This document shows positions 23,900 to 34,799 of a stretch of 64,000 nucleotides of DNA, piece after piece; the first letter of the stretch is position 1; each line of letters opens with the position of its first letter. The notes below the pieces were generated by a model. The model had not been told where the DNA came from. It did not search any database and saw only the letters and a program-made list of their open reading frames with translations. The DNA is from Octopus sinensis (lineage: Eukaryota): positions 1 through 64,000 of the forward strand of contig NW_021835966.1 in NCBI RefSeq assembly GCF_006345805.1, read 5' to 3'. The translations under genes were made by a program, and so were the position numbers.

Positions 23900-25250
23900 C
23901 AGAAATAATTATAATATCAGACAAAAGGAATATGACAATGAAAGTTTGCCATTGCGGTGGGGTGGGGGTAAACATCTAGACTTGGCTCAGGTACCCCACC
24001 GATCCTGAACCACTCGACGCTTCCAGGGATTTCGGGAAGGGCACTCTTCTCCCTCTCAAATTTACTAGCTTGCAAACTCATTATTGGAGTACGTCCAATC
24101 ACATTGGCCATTTTCGCTACGTTCACCCACCGTTCAGCAAATGTACTGGGAGGTAGCGCTTCTCTCTCCATCGTCATCTTCTTTTCCAAGTGAAATTTGA
24201 AAAGAGGGATTGTCCGAAGATAAAAAGTGTCTATCTTCAGTCGTTTCAACCTGGTCCAGTACACAACTTCTTTCAGACAGAGAAAAATTGCTACCCTTTC
24301 GGGCCAATGAGTTGATCTTCTATTAATATCTCTTTTCCTAGTGAAAATCCTATATCCGATCTAGATGACCCTAAGCCGTTGGTCCAGGTCCATACTGGCG
24401 CATTAGGGAAATTTATCAGACAGTTAGAGCTGGCTGTTCAGGTACGTGAAGCATTTGTACCACCTCTTGTATCAGCTACTCCCACACAATTCCAGTGTTG
24501 ATCTAAGATTCCGTTCTGGGGCCCTACTAAAAGTAAAGAACGAAACGTACCTAGAAAGGCTTTCAGATGCCTAAAGAAATCCGGCCGTTTTGCTCCGGTA
24601 TGAGCGTAGACGACCACCAGTCTAAATATGCTACCTTCATTATTGTTCACGTCCAGGACCACCAACTTGGCGTCGGGTCCCGGAAGATCGACCTTACCTC
24701 GCGATTCAGCTCTTTCCGAAACAACACTGTCACTCCACATCCCATTCCCATTCTGATAGTCGTCGAACATGGGAACCAGTATGCGTGTACTGGAAATCCT
24801 GGTCTCACTGACAGCAGTTATATCCAATTCTTGAGACTTGAGGTCGTTGAGAAGGCACCCCTTCTTCCGGGCGACCCCAAGCCTCGAACATTTAAAAATC
24901 CTACTCTTAGTATGGCCATGTTGGTCAGCTACAGATCGAAGGGAAAGTTTAACTTACCTCCCGGTGTCTTGTGAAGGTTGGGTGATTCGACTTCCATAAT
25001 TGGATGAGGTCTTTTGGTCGTGTGGGGACACCCGTTTAAGAGGCTCGATGTAAGTCTTACGTTCGGGATTCACACGTCTTCAGGAAAACTTCCACGAATT
25101 TTTGTGAGCGGCATTCCCACCAGAAATTCTGCTACGCGAAACGTGTTCGATTCGAATATCACTCCTGTTTCAAATTAAATATTTTATGTTACGAAGGACA
25201 TGAGGTCCTCGTTGTCTCTTCTAATGAGTACGAAGTTCAGTGTTTTGTGT
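23900..25250 (-). mobile_element. Tx1-clade LINE remnant: APE endonuclease joined to ORF2 C-terminus, RT deleted
   Basis: VGFLNVRGLG...DITAVSETRI...LVVLDV...FRLVVVYA...WTWTN (APE), then AIFLCLKEVVYWTRLK...FKFHLEKKM...ERWVNVAKMA (Tx1 C-terminus); junction ~24310-24350. Confidence 0.8.
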
Positions 25251-25600
25251 TGGTGGTGTTTAGTTTGTTTGACTGTAGTGGTGATAGTATTGTTGTTGTT
25301 GTTGCTGTTGTATCTGTTCTATCTGTGTGTGTTATGAGTGTGGTATCTGCATTTTTAGATGTTTGTGTGAGTGTTTATTCTTATTTTAGTTTTTTGCGTT
25401 TGGGCGATTATAGTGATAGTGATGGTTTTGGTGTTTTGTGGGAGACGTTTACGTAGGTGATGTCTGTACCTTTGTGGTGTCTGTATGTATCTATATAATC
25501 TTGTTTATGTGTGTAATTTTGTTTGGTGTGAGGTGGGTAGGACAATTTCCCTTGCTTCCCCCTACGGTGATTTAATGTCTTTGGTGTTGGGTGCTGGTGG
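25250..25600 (-). other. Strand-biased low-complexity tract (A/C-rich on minus), possibly Tx1 ORF1 remnant
   Basis: G/T-rich on plus, contiguous with the 5' side of the Tx1 remnant; no motif recognised. Confidence 0.3.
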
Positions 25601-25614
25601 TTGTTGTTGCTATC

Positions 25615-25630
25615 ACTACTACTGCTACTG

Positions 25631-25686
<56 letters not shown>

Positions 25687-25690
25687 GCTG
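25615..25690. repeat. (CTA)n microsatellite
   Basis: Direct reading. Confidence 0.95.
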
Positions 25691-25718
25691 TGACTCCTGT
25701 CACTCTGGCAGCTACTGC

Positions 25719-26126
25719 TTGTTTGTTTGTTTGTTTGTTCAGCGAAGCGGTCTTCGTCCCAGAGCTCGCAAGATCGCGCCTCAGGATTGTTTGTAGTGGG
25801 AAAAGTACGAAACGTGGTCCTTTGCTATTCGTAAGACCCGCAGGAGGTAAAGCAGGTCAACCCCCGACACCGAGAGCATCGACGGATGGACGGATGCGCA
25901 TCCAGGCTCAGCGGTTGCGTAGGAAGTCGGGGACAAGAACCAGGAAGAAAGAGAGAGAAAGTTAGTGCGAAAGAGTATAGCAGATATCGCCCCCCTCCTG
26001 CCAGAGCCGCGTGGAGCTTTAGGTGTTTCCTCTCAATAAACACACACAATGGCCGGTGTGGGAATCGAAACCGCGATCCTCCTACCGCGAATCCGCTGCC
26101 CTAACCACTGGGCCATTGCGCCTCCA
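25719..26126 (-). mobile_element. SINE family C with tail type 3 ending (AACA)n
   Basis: Family C head; unique tail ...GAGCTCTGGGACGAAGACCGCTTCGCTG(AACA)n. Confidence 0.85.
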
Positions 26127-26137
26127 CTATGGCTGCA

Positions 26138-26627
26138 GCTGTTGCCTTCTTCCAATCAGGACTCACGCCATTAGGCACAAACAATACTCTCTAATTCGAG
26201 CCTACTCTGAGCTACTAAGAATACGTGTGGCAACTTGAAGATCACCCGCCACACGCGATAGACTGGCGGTTGCACGGGCGCGAAAGCTACGTTGTTACCC
26301 GTATTCCGTAAACGGTGGCTTTTAACGGGCGGAGAGCTGAACCATCCTGGGGTAGAGAGGATTCGCAATCTAGACTAGGGTCTGAAAGTTTACCACACCA
26401 TAGTGGGTTACACCATGGTTCCTCTGCTTTGTGGCAAAAGTAGGAAGAAAGAGTGAGAAAAAGTTGTGGTGAAAGAGTACAGCGGAGTTCACCACCACCC
26501 CGCCGGTGCCTGGTGGAGCTTAGGTGTTTTTGCGCAAAAAACACTCACAATGCTCGGTTTGGGAATCGAAACCGCGTTCTTAACACCGCGAGTTCGCTGC
26601 CCTAACCACTGGGCCATTGCGTCTCCA
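26138..26627 (-). mobile_element. SINE family C with tail type 2
   Basis: Homologous end to end with 6355-6836. Confidence 0.9.
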
Positions 26628-27148
26628 CTTGTTCATGTGCTGTTGATGCTATCGCTGTTACTGTCTCTGCTACTATTGTTCTTACTGTTAGGTGGAATTC
26701 ATACCATGACAGTCTTGTTTTTCTCCTCCTCCCCTTCGCCTGTATGGTTACAAGTAAAGGAGAGAAGGGGAGGATAATCTTCAGCTGTTACTATATTCGT
26801 AGGAGGGGTTGTTTTATTTTTTTCTCAGCTCTTTCAAGTTGCGCTCTGCCATCGTTTTACGTTGCATTTGATGAAATGAAATGAAATTAAATTAAATTAA
26901 ACGAATAATATTATTTGCTGGGCCGAATTCCAGCCCTCTAGGGGCTAAACAACCATAGAAAACCAGTAACAGGTTCCTGGTGATAATATTCACAACTTGG
27001 AATAAAACAATTATTGAAAAAATATACAAATCCTGGTGTAAATAAATATTTTGAACTAAACTTATTTGGAGTGTTCGAAAACATGTCCCATGTATTCGGC
27101 AGCAAATACAACAACAACAACAACATTAATAATAATCAAATAGAATTA

Positions 27149-27198
<50 letters not shown>

Positions 27199-27451
27199 GA
27201 GCGTGCCATTAAAGTGATAGTTGAAGGTTTGTTTAAGGATGAACAAAACAGCCATGTTTCTAGAGGTGAATTATCCAAATTCCAAAGAATTCCCCTCAAC
27301 ACGTTGCTACGATGCTCCTCCACAACTTTCGTGACCAGAGATACACATATCGCCAGTCACTAAGGGCCATGCTCAACTGGTTATGGTCAAGCAGCTGACA
27401 AGTAAATCTGTGGTATGGAGCAGGATATTTGCTGTAGCCCATCTTTTATAC

Positions 27452-27453
<2 letters not shown>
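27199..27453 (-). mobile_element. Element X, internally deleted, retaining both termini, between (ATT)n tracts
   Basis: Minus strand starts GGTATAAAAGATGGGGCTACAGC and ends ...ATGGCACGCTC(AAT)n. Confidence 0.75.
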
Positions 27454-27530
<77 letters not shown>

Positions 27531-27928
27531 GAGTGAGACAGCAGTACATGCGAACAACGTGACATTGGGGTAAAATATACCCATGATAACTACCTATCTG
27601 ATAAGTGTTCACCAAGCACGTGCAGCATAAATGTATGTTCGCGACATGTTGATCTCATATCACGATAAAAAGCGCATGACCTTGCAGGTGGGGACCTTGC
27701 AGGTGGGGACCTTGCAGGTGGGGACCTTGCAGGTGCGGACCTTGCAGGTCGGATAGCACATCCCACTCAAAAGGTCCCTGAATAGGGTCGTTTAAGAATG
27801 TTAAACGAAGAACACATGTTTCCAGAGATGCATAATTCAAACTCCAAATAATTCCTCTCTGCACATGGCTATTAATCACCGCCACTACTTCTGCTCGTAA
27901 CCAGAGATGCACATGTCGTCAGTGACTT
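27531..27928 (-). mobile_element. Element X with internal 15-bp minisatellite
   Basis: Homologous to 22366-22796; five copies of GACCTTGCAGGTGGG at 27678-27752. Confidence 0.8.
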
Positions 27929-28519
27929 CTATATGTACCTGTTCAGTATATCAATTTATTTAGTTACGATGCTCGATGTTTATAAAATTCACCTGCTAAA
28001 TATAAAAAAAGTGATATTTACATGAGGTTTTCTTTCTAAATATTTCATACGCAAAATTACATTATATTATCTCCAACCAACGATAAGAGAAGTTTATTGT
28101 ACATTAAATAAAGGAGATATTTGATATTTCTTAATTTTTCATGACTTATATTCGCAGCAGCTAAAGATTATTTAAGAATAATTTACTCAATTTTTTTTTA
28201 ATTTATGAAAAAACAATGAATGCAAACGATCGTTTTAAATATTCATTTGCCAGGTGGTAATAAGAAAATGACTGATTGAAAACACAAAGGAATAATTTTT
28301 TTCTATATTTATGAAGATATATTGGCGCAGGAGCGGCTGTGTGGTAAGTAGCTTGCTTACCAACCACATGGTTCCGGGTTCAGTCCCACTGCGTGGCACC
28401 TTGGGCAAGTGTCTTCTACTATAGCCTCGGGTCGACCAAAGTCTTGTTAGTGGATTTGGCAGACGGAAACTGAAAGAAGCCCGTCGTATATATGTATATA
28501 TATATATATACATATATAT

Positions 28520-28700
28520 ACTTCATAACTTAAAATTGAATAGAAGATCTGAAAACCACCTGATGAATGTCCTTAGAAGAGACACGAAACAATTGTAGTG
28601 GCGAATTTAATTTATTTAATTTATATAAAATTTTTTATGTATTTGGATTAAGTCTTTCTTTGTTTGATTTGCATAACAGTGGTTTTGTCTCTAATTAATA
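28520..28700 (+). mobile_element. PLE pLTR-like cassette inserted in (TA)n
   Basis: (TA)n on both sides; contains the hammerhead 28556-28601. Confidence 0.6.
28556..28601 (+). ncRNA. Minimal type I hammerhead ribozyme candidate
   Basis: CCAC / CUGAUGA / A-UGUC-CUUAGAAGA-GACA-C / GAAA / C-AAUU-G / UA / GUGG: intact core, palindromic CAAUUG helix III, GUA triplet; only deviation is an A.C mismatch at 10.1-11.1. Confidence 0.7.
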
Positions 28701-28718
28701 TTATATATATATATATAA

Positions 28719-28756
<38 letters not shown>

Positions 28757-29289
28757 TATATTATATATATTGTGCGTGTATGTTTGTGTGTCTGTGTTTG
28801 TCCCCTAGCATTGATTGACAACCGATGCTGGTGTGTTTACGTCGCCGTCATTAGCGGTTCGGCAAAAGAGACCGATAGAATAAGTACTAGGCTTACAAAG
28901 ATTAAGTCCCGGGGTCGATTTGCTCGACTAAAGTCGGTGCTCCAGCATGGTCGCAGTCAAATGACTGAAACAAGTAAAAGAGTAAAAGAGTATATATAAC
29001 TTATTGAATGTTGAAAACTCCATACGGTGTCACTTCTAGAGAAAGCTGAATTCTATAATAGCCAAGCAAAAGTTTACTAGAATATTAAAAAGATTAATGC
29101 ATAAACTCATTGATATATTTTCATATAGCATTTTTACTAAAAGATATTTCTAAATTTTTAGACGTTCTTATCGTGATTTCCATTGTATGCATGCTACAGG
29201 TAACATTTGAACAGATCTATGAAAGTATTGTTAATTATTATTGAACAATCGCTAAGCCACTTACAATTTCGAAAGCGGTTTTTTAATTG

Positions 29290-29520
29290 GACTTTTGGAG
29301 GAAATTCGAAAAGAAACGTTTTTTTTTTTTCGTTCCTGTTTCGTATACATTCGCTGCTTTCTTCCAACGAATGTAATGCTCTTAGCTTATTTTTCCTTGG
29401 TGCCCGCCACATTGGAGCAATCTCGAGTATAATCAGCCGAAATTGCAAAGATAATCTGGAACTCGACTAAGGATAGAAAACTCCGAATGATCCGTCCTTG
29501 TTTTCTTTGTATCGCCTGTC
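29290..29520 (+). mobile_element. Short repeat homologous to 61195-61505 (possible PLE pLTR-type)
   Basis: Shared AATGCTCxTAGCTTAxTTTTCCTTGG...GAGCAATCTCxAGxxTAATCAGCCGAAATTGC...GACTxAxGAT...CGAATGA. Confidence 0.55.
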
Positions 29521-29524
29521 TGGA

Positions 29525-29632
29525 TTTTTGAAAGAATGAAAGGCAAAGTCGACCTGGGCGAAATTTGAACTCAGACGCAATACCGAAAAGCATTTCACCC
29601 GGCGTGCTAAAGTTTCTGCCAGCTCGTCGCCT
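29525..29632 (-). mobile_element. SINE family A, 5' part
   Basis: GAAAGGCAAAGTCGAC...TTTCTGCCAGCTCGTCGCC. Confidence 0.8.
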
Positions 29633-29634
29633 CA

Positions 29635-29638
29635 TATG

Positions 29639-29698
<60 letters not shown>

Positions 29699-29809
29699 TA
29701 TATATATAAATACATATGTATGTATGTATATGTATACGTATATATATATTTATATATATATATGCGTATGTATATATACAATATATATATATATAAATAT
29801 ATGCGTATG

Positions 29810-29840
<31 letters not shown>

Positions 29841-30435
29841 GTTGTATGTATATGTATACGTATATATATATTTATATATATATGCGTATGTATGTATGTA
29901 TATATATATATATTACATATGTATGTATGTATATGTATACGTAGATATATATTTATATATATATGCGTATGTATATACATATATATATATATATATAAAT
30001 ATGCGTATGTATGTATATGTATACGTATATATATATTTATATATATATATGCGTATGTATATATACATATATATATATATAAATATATGCGTATGTATAT
30101 ATATATTACATATGTATGTATGTATATGTATACGTATATATATTTATATATATATATGCGTATGTATGTATATATATATATATATATATATAATAGTATG
30201 TATGTATATGTATACCGCATATATATTTTATATATATATATGCGTATGTATATTAATATATATATATATATCTAAATATATGCGTATGTATATGTATATA
30301 TATATATATGCGTATGTATGTATATATATATATATATATATGCGTATGTATATATATGCGTATATATATATATATATATATATAATATACATACGCATAT
30401 ATATATAATATATATATATTATATAATTATATATA
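29635..30435. repeat. ~800-bp complex (TA)/(TATG)/(TATGCG) tract with recurring ~100-bp sub-blocks
   Basis: Almost purely alternating purine-pyrimidine; ATATGCGTATGTA and GTATACGTATATA recur many times. Confidence 0.9.
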
Positions 30436-30436
30436 T

Positions 30437-30668
30437 GAAGCGACGAGAGCTGGTAGAAACATTAGCACGCCGGGTGAAATGCCTTGCAGTATTGCGTCTG
30501 CCGTTAGGTTCCGAGTTCAAATTTGCGCCCAGGTCGACTTTGCCTTTCATTCTTTCAGCGTCGATTAAATAATTACCAGTTACGTACTGGAGTCGATGTA
30601 CTCGATTTAATCCCTTTGTCTTTCAATGTTAGTCCCCTCTATGTTTAGCCCCTTGTGGAAATAAAGAC
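30437..30668 (+). mobile_element. SINE family A monomer (divergent)
   Basis: GCGACGAGAGCTGGTAGAAAC...TTTAGCCCCTTGTGG. Confidence 0.85.
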
Positions 30669-30699
30669 ATATATATATAATCATATCAAATGGAAATGG

Positions 30700-30991
30700 A
30701 ATTTAATTGAAATTAAATACATTCAATTAAAATTACATTTCCAGTGGTCTAACGCGTAAAAAATTTTTAGTCAAAAAGACTATATATTAGTCATACGATA
30801 TAGTGTATATTCAAATATATAGAGAATCCACTTATAGGAATTCTACGCGCTAGAAAGAACAGCTAATTTCTATGACCACAAAAAATTCGGGATAAAATTC
30901 GAAATTTTTGTAGTCATAGAACTTAGCTGTTCTTTCTAGCGCGTGGAATTCCTATGTGGATTCACTATGTGTTTAAATATACACTATATCG

Positions 30992-30993
<2 letters not shown>
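30700..30993. mobile_element. Leader plus ~95-bp-arm palindrome ending in (TA)n
   Basis: Arms 30794-30889 and 30900-30993; leader CCAGTGGTCTAACGCGTAAAAAA at 30741-30763. Confidence 0.75.
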
Positions 30994-31022
<29 letters not shown>

Positions 31023-31981
31023 TAATCTTTCTACCTAAATACCGACATACCTCCCTGCCTATTTATTTATCTTCAAAATTTCTCCCCCCCCTCTCTCTCT
31101 ATATATATATATACATATCTATATCTGTAGTTAGCTAGCTCGAGGGACAGATATGCAGATAGATAGAAAAATAGATAGATAATGATGGGAAAATATTCCT
31201 CTCCAATAGTAATAAAATGCGATAACAACAGAACTTTCTCAATCCTGACCCAATGACCTCTGGCCTATTAACAATATAAAATATATAAAATATGATAGCT
31301 TTCTACAAAATCTTGTGCTTTTACTTAGATAACACATCCATATTTGCGGTGTTGATCTGAAAAAATATGATGGTAATTCTCAAACGAAAAATTGCAGAAC
31401 ATAAAAAATTACGATAAAACGTGAGCAATATAAACTTTATATTTTATTTTGCTATTGCGAATATAATCCGGCAAAATTGTTTGATGTAAACTAAAGATAA
31501 AACTTCATTAACAGGAAGCACAAGCCTTCTTTTTATCAGTACTTTACGAAAGATGATGAATAAATAGTGGAAGAATTACCGAAAGTTCATTGAAACTAAA
31601 TGTATATCCTGAAAAGATAAATGGTCAAATGGAAAATTTGGATGTTTCTTATTCTTATTCTCTTTCAATGAAACTGAAAGCAATAATTTTGAGACTTTGT
31701 ATTTTCTCAAGACATCGAAATGAGAACTGGCACCGTTTTATCTCTTAACTTATCTGCGAAATGTGGTGGAGGTTATGTTCTGTTAATTTCGGTTTATAGC
31801 ACTTCCCTGCACATTTTACTATAGAAAGCGTTTGATATATTCAGTAGTATGCGAGAAATGTTAACAATTTTCGATAGATTTTATTTACTTTGTAGCAATA
31901 TCAGTGTTGAACAAGGCATTACTATACGGAGTCATGAAAAGCTAATTGCAGAAAGCACTGTGTCATATAAGCATATCATTA

Positions 31982-32754
31982 TGTCGTGTCGGGACAAGCT
32001 ATTACTGTGCTGTGACGTGGCTCGATGTTACGGTACTCTGCCATACCAAAAGAGTACTAGGTGACGTCGTACAAAGATAAGATTTTGTCATAGTATGAAG
32101 AAGGAACTGCACTAAGTAATAGCGAAGTAATTACTGAACCCTGTCACATAAACTGTGCTGCAGGGAGCCATTACTCTGCTGTGCTGCGTCAAGAATATAC
32201 TGCGTTGCGTGAAGACTATGCTGCGTTGCGTGAACACTTTGCTACGCCGTGTACCGTCAGTTACGTTGTTTTTCAGTGTCAACGCAGCACTTACTTTACT
32301 TGTACTTGTGGCGACATTCACCCTGGGCGGTTTGAGTCGGCTTCTTCTACTCATGGAAGAAGTTTCGTGGGAATATGTGGATTTCACAAGCGGTCCCCGA
32401 CAATCTCCGCATGTAGAGACATCCTGTTTGCCGCAGATTGTCCGCAGACGCAGGGACAGAACAACCGAGGAGCCGCCGGTTACCGAAGCAGACACTCCGA
32501 GGATTTTCACCAGAGCCCCGTCTGCCGGGTTGTGGCCCTAATACCACATGGTATAAGACTAATCCGCTTTGGGTGGCCCTACCAGGAACCGAAGTTCCCG
32601 ACGGCACAGCTCTGACACTACCCGTTGCCAGCATCTCCACCACGGTGAGGAGGGGATGGACATTGGGGACGCAGCACTGTGTCACTTGATAACCATGCAA
32701 TATAGTGCCAATCGTACTGTGTAGTATCTTACCTGGTAGTACTGAACCACGACA
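31982..32754 (+). mobile_element. Solo-LTR candidate (GC-richer island bounded by TGTCGTG...CACGACA)
   Basis: 7-8 bp terminal inverted repeat with TG...CA ends; internal 21-bp tandem repeat 32179-32241; no TSD or PBS seen. Confidence 0.4.
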
Positions 32755-33811
32755 TTCCAAAGCAATTCTATACTATTTAGTGTCGAGCAAGGAATCTTAT
32801 TTTCTTCATTCCATCATAGCTAAAGTGTGTACATATCCGTATAACTGAAATAGATCATACTTAATCCAATGAAGAAATTTCTGCGTGTTCATTCGATATA
32901 CAAGAGGAAAAAGCCAAATCGAACTCAATAAAATTCGAAAGGTGAGCGAAAAAGTTCGAAACAGCGAATGTTACAACTTATCTGCAGTGTTTCAACGGGT
33001 AAATATCCATTGTTGCGCATTTCTCTGTTTATTGTTCACAATTGTAAGTTTTTCTTTTTGTTAGGGGTTCTTTTGCCCTTCGACAGGATTTTAGTTCCTT
33101 CCTCCAGATCCCACAAATCCTTTTCTTCAAGTAAACACCTGACAATAGAACAGCTAACATGCTATAGTGTAGACTTTGACATGACCATATTACTGGCCGG
33201 AAAATTGGATATGTGCAGCTTAATGGAATTTTGTGGGATTGAGTATAGGGATAAGAAAGCAATAAAAGTCACCCCAACCACAAAAAAAAAAATCAACTGT
33301 TCCTTGCTTTCAGAGCAGTGAGTTAAAACAATATAGAAATCATAAAACGTGTTAAGACGGTAATAAAGTCCAAAAACACTCCAATGAATATTGCGGTTAT
33401 TAGTACAAGACCTTGTAGCTTATTAGAATAATTTCGGTTTCGGTATAACGTAAAAGAGTATGGAAAGTAATATAGTAAATATGAGTCAAATAACTGACGA
33501 ACGTGGGTAAGAGCAGTTTAGTCAAAGGTGCAACGGAATCCGCGACACATGAACAAAAGTGCTAATTATTGGGACTGGGTCTCGAAATTCTGATCCCGGC
33601 AGCACAGGCGTCGGAGGCGGGTGAACTAGGAGTAGGGAATGGCTGGTTTGGTGTGGGAGGGATGGGAAAAGGAAAATTATATTTTCTTGCAATTTTACTT
33701 TGAGAAATAAGTTAGTCATAGTTTTCTAACTGGTTCATGATTTTAAAGAAAAATAAACATTGTTTCATATCATTTAATGTTGCTTTATATCATGATCATC
33801 ATCAATATCAA

Positions 33812-33843
<32 letters not shown>

Positions 33844-34392
33844 TCATCAAGAACAGCGTTGTCATCTTATACCAATCTTCTACTAACTTGCTATCAACCT
33901 CCTGCTCTCTCTCTCCCTGTTTTTTTTCTTTATTTCTCTTTCATGTTTTCTGCTAACCCGATCCTTATAATTGTTCGTAATCATTGCATTGAACCCTGCT
34001 TTGTTTATTTGCTATATTATAAATATTGGAAATAATGAATCACATCCTTGAATACTTAAATGACTAAATGCTCAGTTAACTTTCTAGGTACCATTCACAT
34101 TTGAACTTTCAACATTTAGATTCCTCTGTCAACTGCAATGCTTTTGTTTTTATTCACATCGTTTTGAATTAATCATATATTACGTTGTAACTTCGAAATT
34201 TTAACGATGTGATTACTAATTTTCAGAATGACATTGTAGGGTAGGCGTGAGAGTATGAATCGGTCTGGATTCAAAATATAACATGTAGATTATTTTGGCC
34301 AGATATGGCCAGTTGAGATGCTAAAGGTTTTGATATTTGTTACAGAAATAAAGTTTAGGACCGGTAGCTTGAACTGAAATTTTTGAAGCTGA

Positions 34393-34799
34393 TACCCTAG
34401 CATGGTCGCAGTATAATGACTGAAACAAGTAAGAGACAAAAGAAAGATCGTGCTACGCCTAACTTAGACTTGTTTGAATGGCCTGCATTTGTCAACGCGC
34501 TATCTTTATCGTAGCCTGTTGGCATCAGTGTATTGAAATGGCTATACGTAAAACTTATGAATAGACTTGGATAAAGCCTAAGAAATTGTAGTGCCGTTGG
34601 GACATGTCAGACAAGTAAAATGGTGGAAAACTTATGAAATTTTTGAAACAATCTATTTATGAAGATAGGAAAATGTTTATGGAATAATTTGGAGTAAACA
34701 AGTTCTAATTGTGAATTTGTATGAAAACTAAGGAAATTTAACAAGAATATTTTTTTCGTAGAAATATTACCACTATTAAATTAGGAGAGCAATATAGAA
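34393..34799 (+). repeat. ~407-bp direct duplication, copy 1 (SINE B-like tail plus unique flank)
   Basis: About 95% identical by eye to 39059-39465. Confidence 0.9.

Larger units (their letters stand above)
28324..28990 (+). mobile_element. SINE family B split by an insertion in its internal microsatellite (5' half 28324-28490, 3' half 28772-28990)
   Basis: Both halves are collinear with family B; ~180 bp of foreign sequence lies in the (TA)n. Confidence 0.85.

Noticed and set aside
29636-30572. Long ORFs of YIYI/MYVC type (also 10164-11148, 12136-12851, 13470-13909, 14190-14896, 48085-48545, 49507-50616)
   Set aside because: Stop-free translations of (TA)n, (TATG)n and (TATC)n microsatellites; no coding signal.
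32181-32615. 144-aa ORF starting with a coiled-coil-like heptad
   Set aside because: The heptad is explained by a 21-bp DNA tandem repeat; overlapping ORFs of similar length on both strands reflect GC content, and no domain is recognised.
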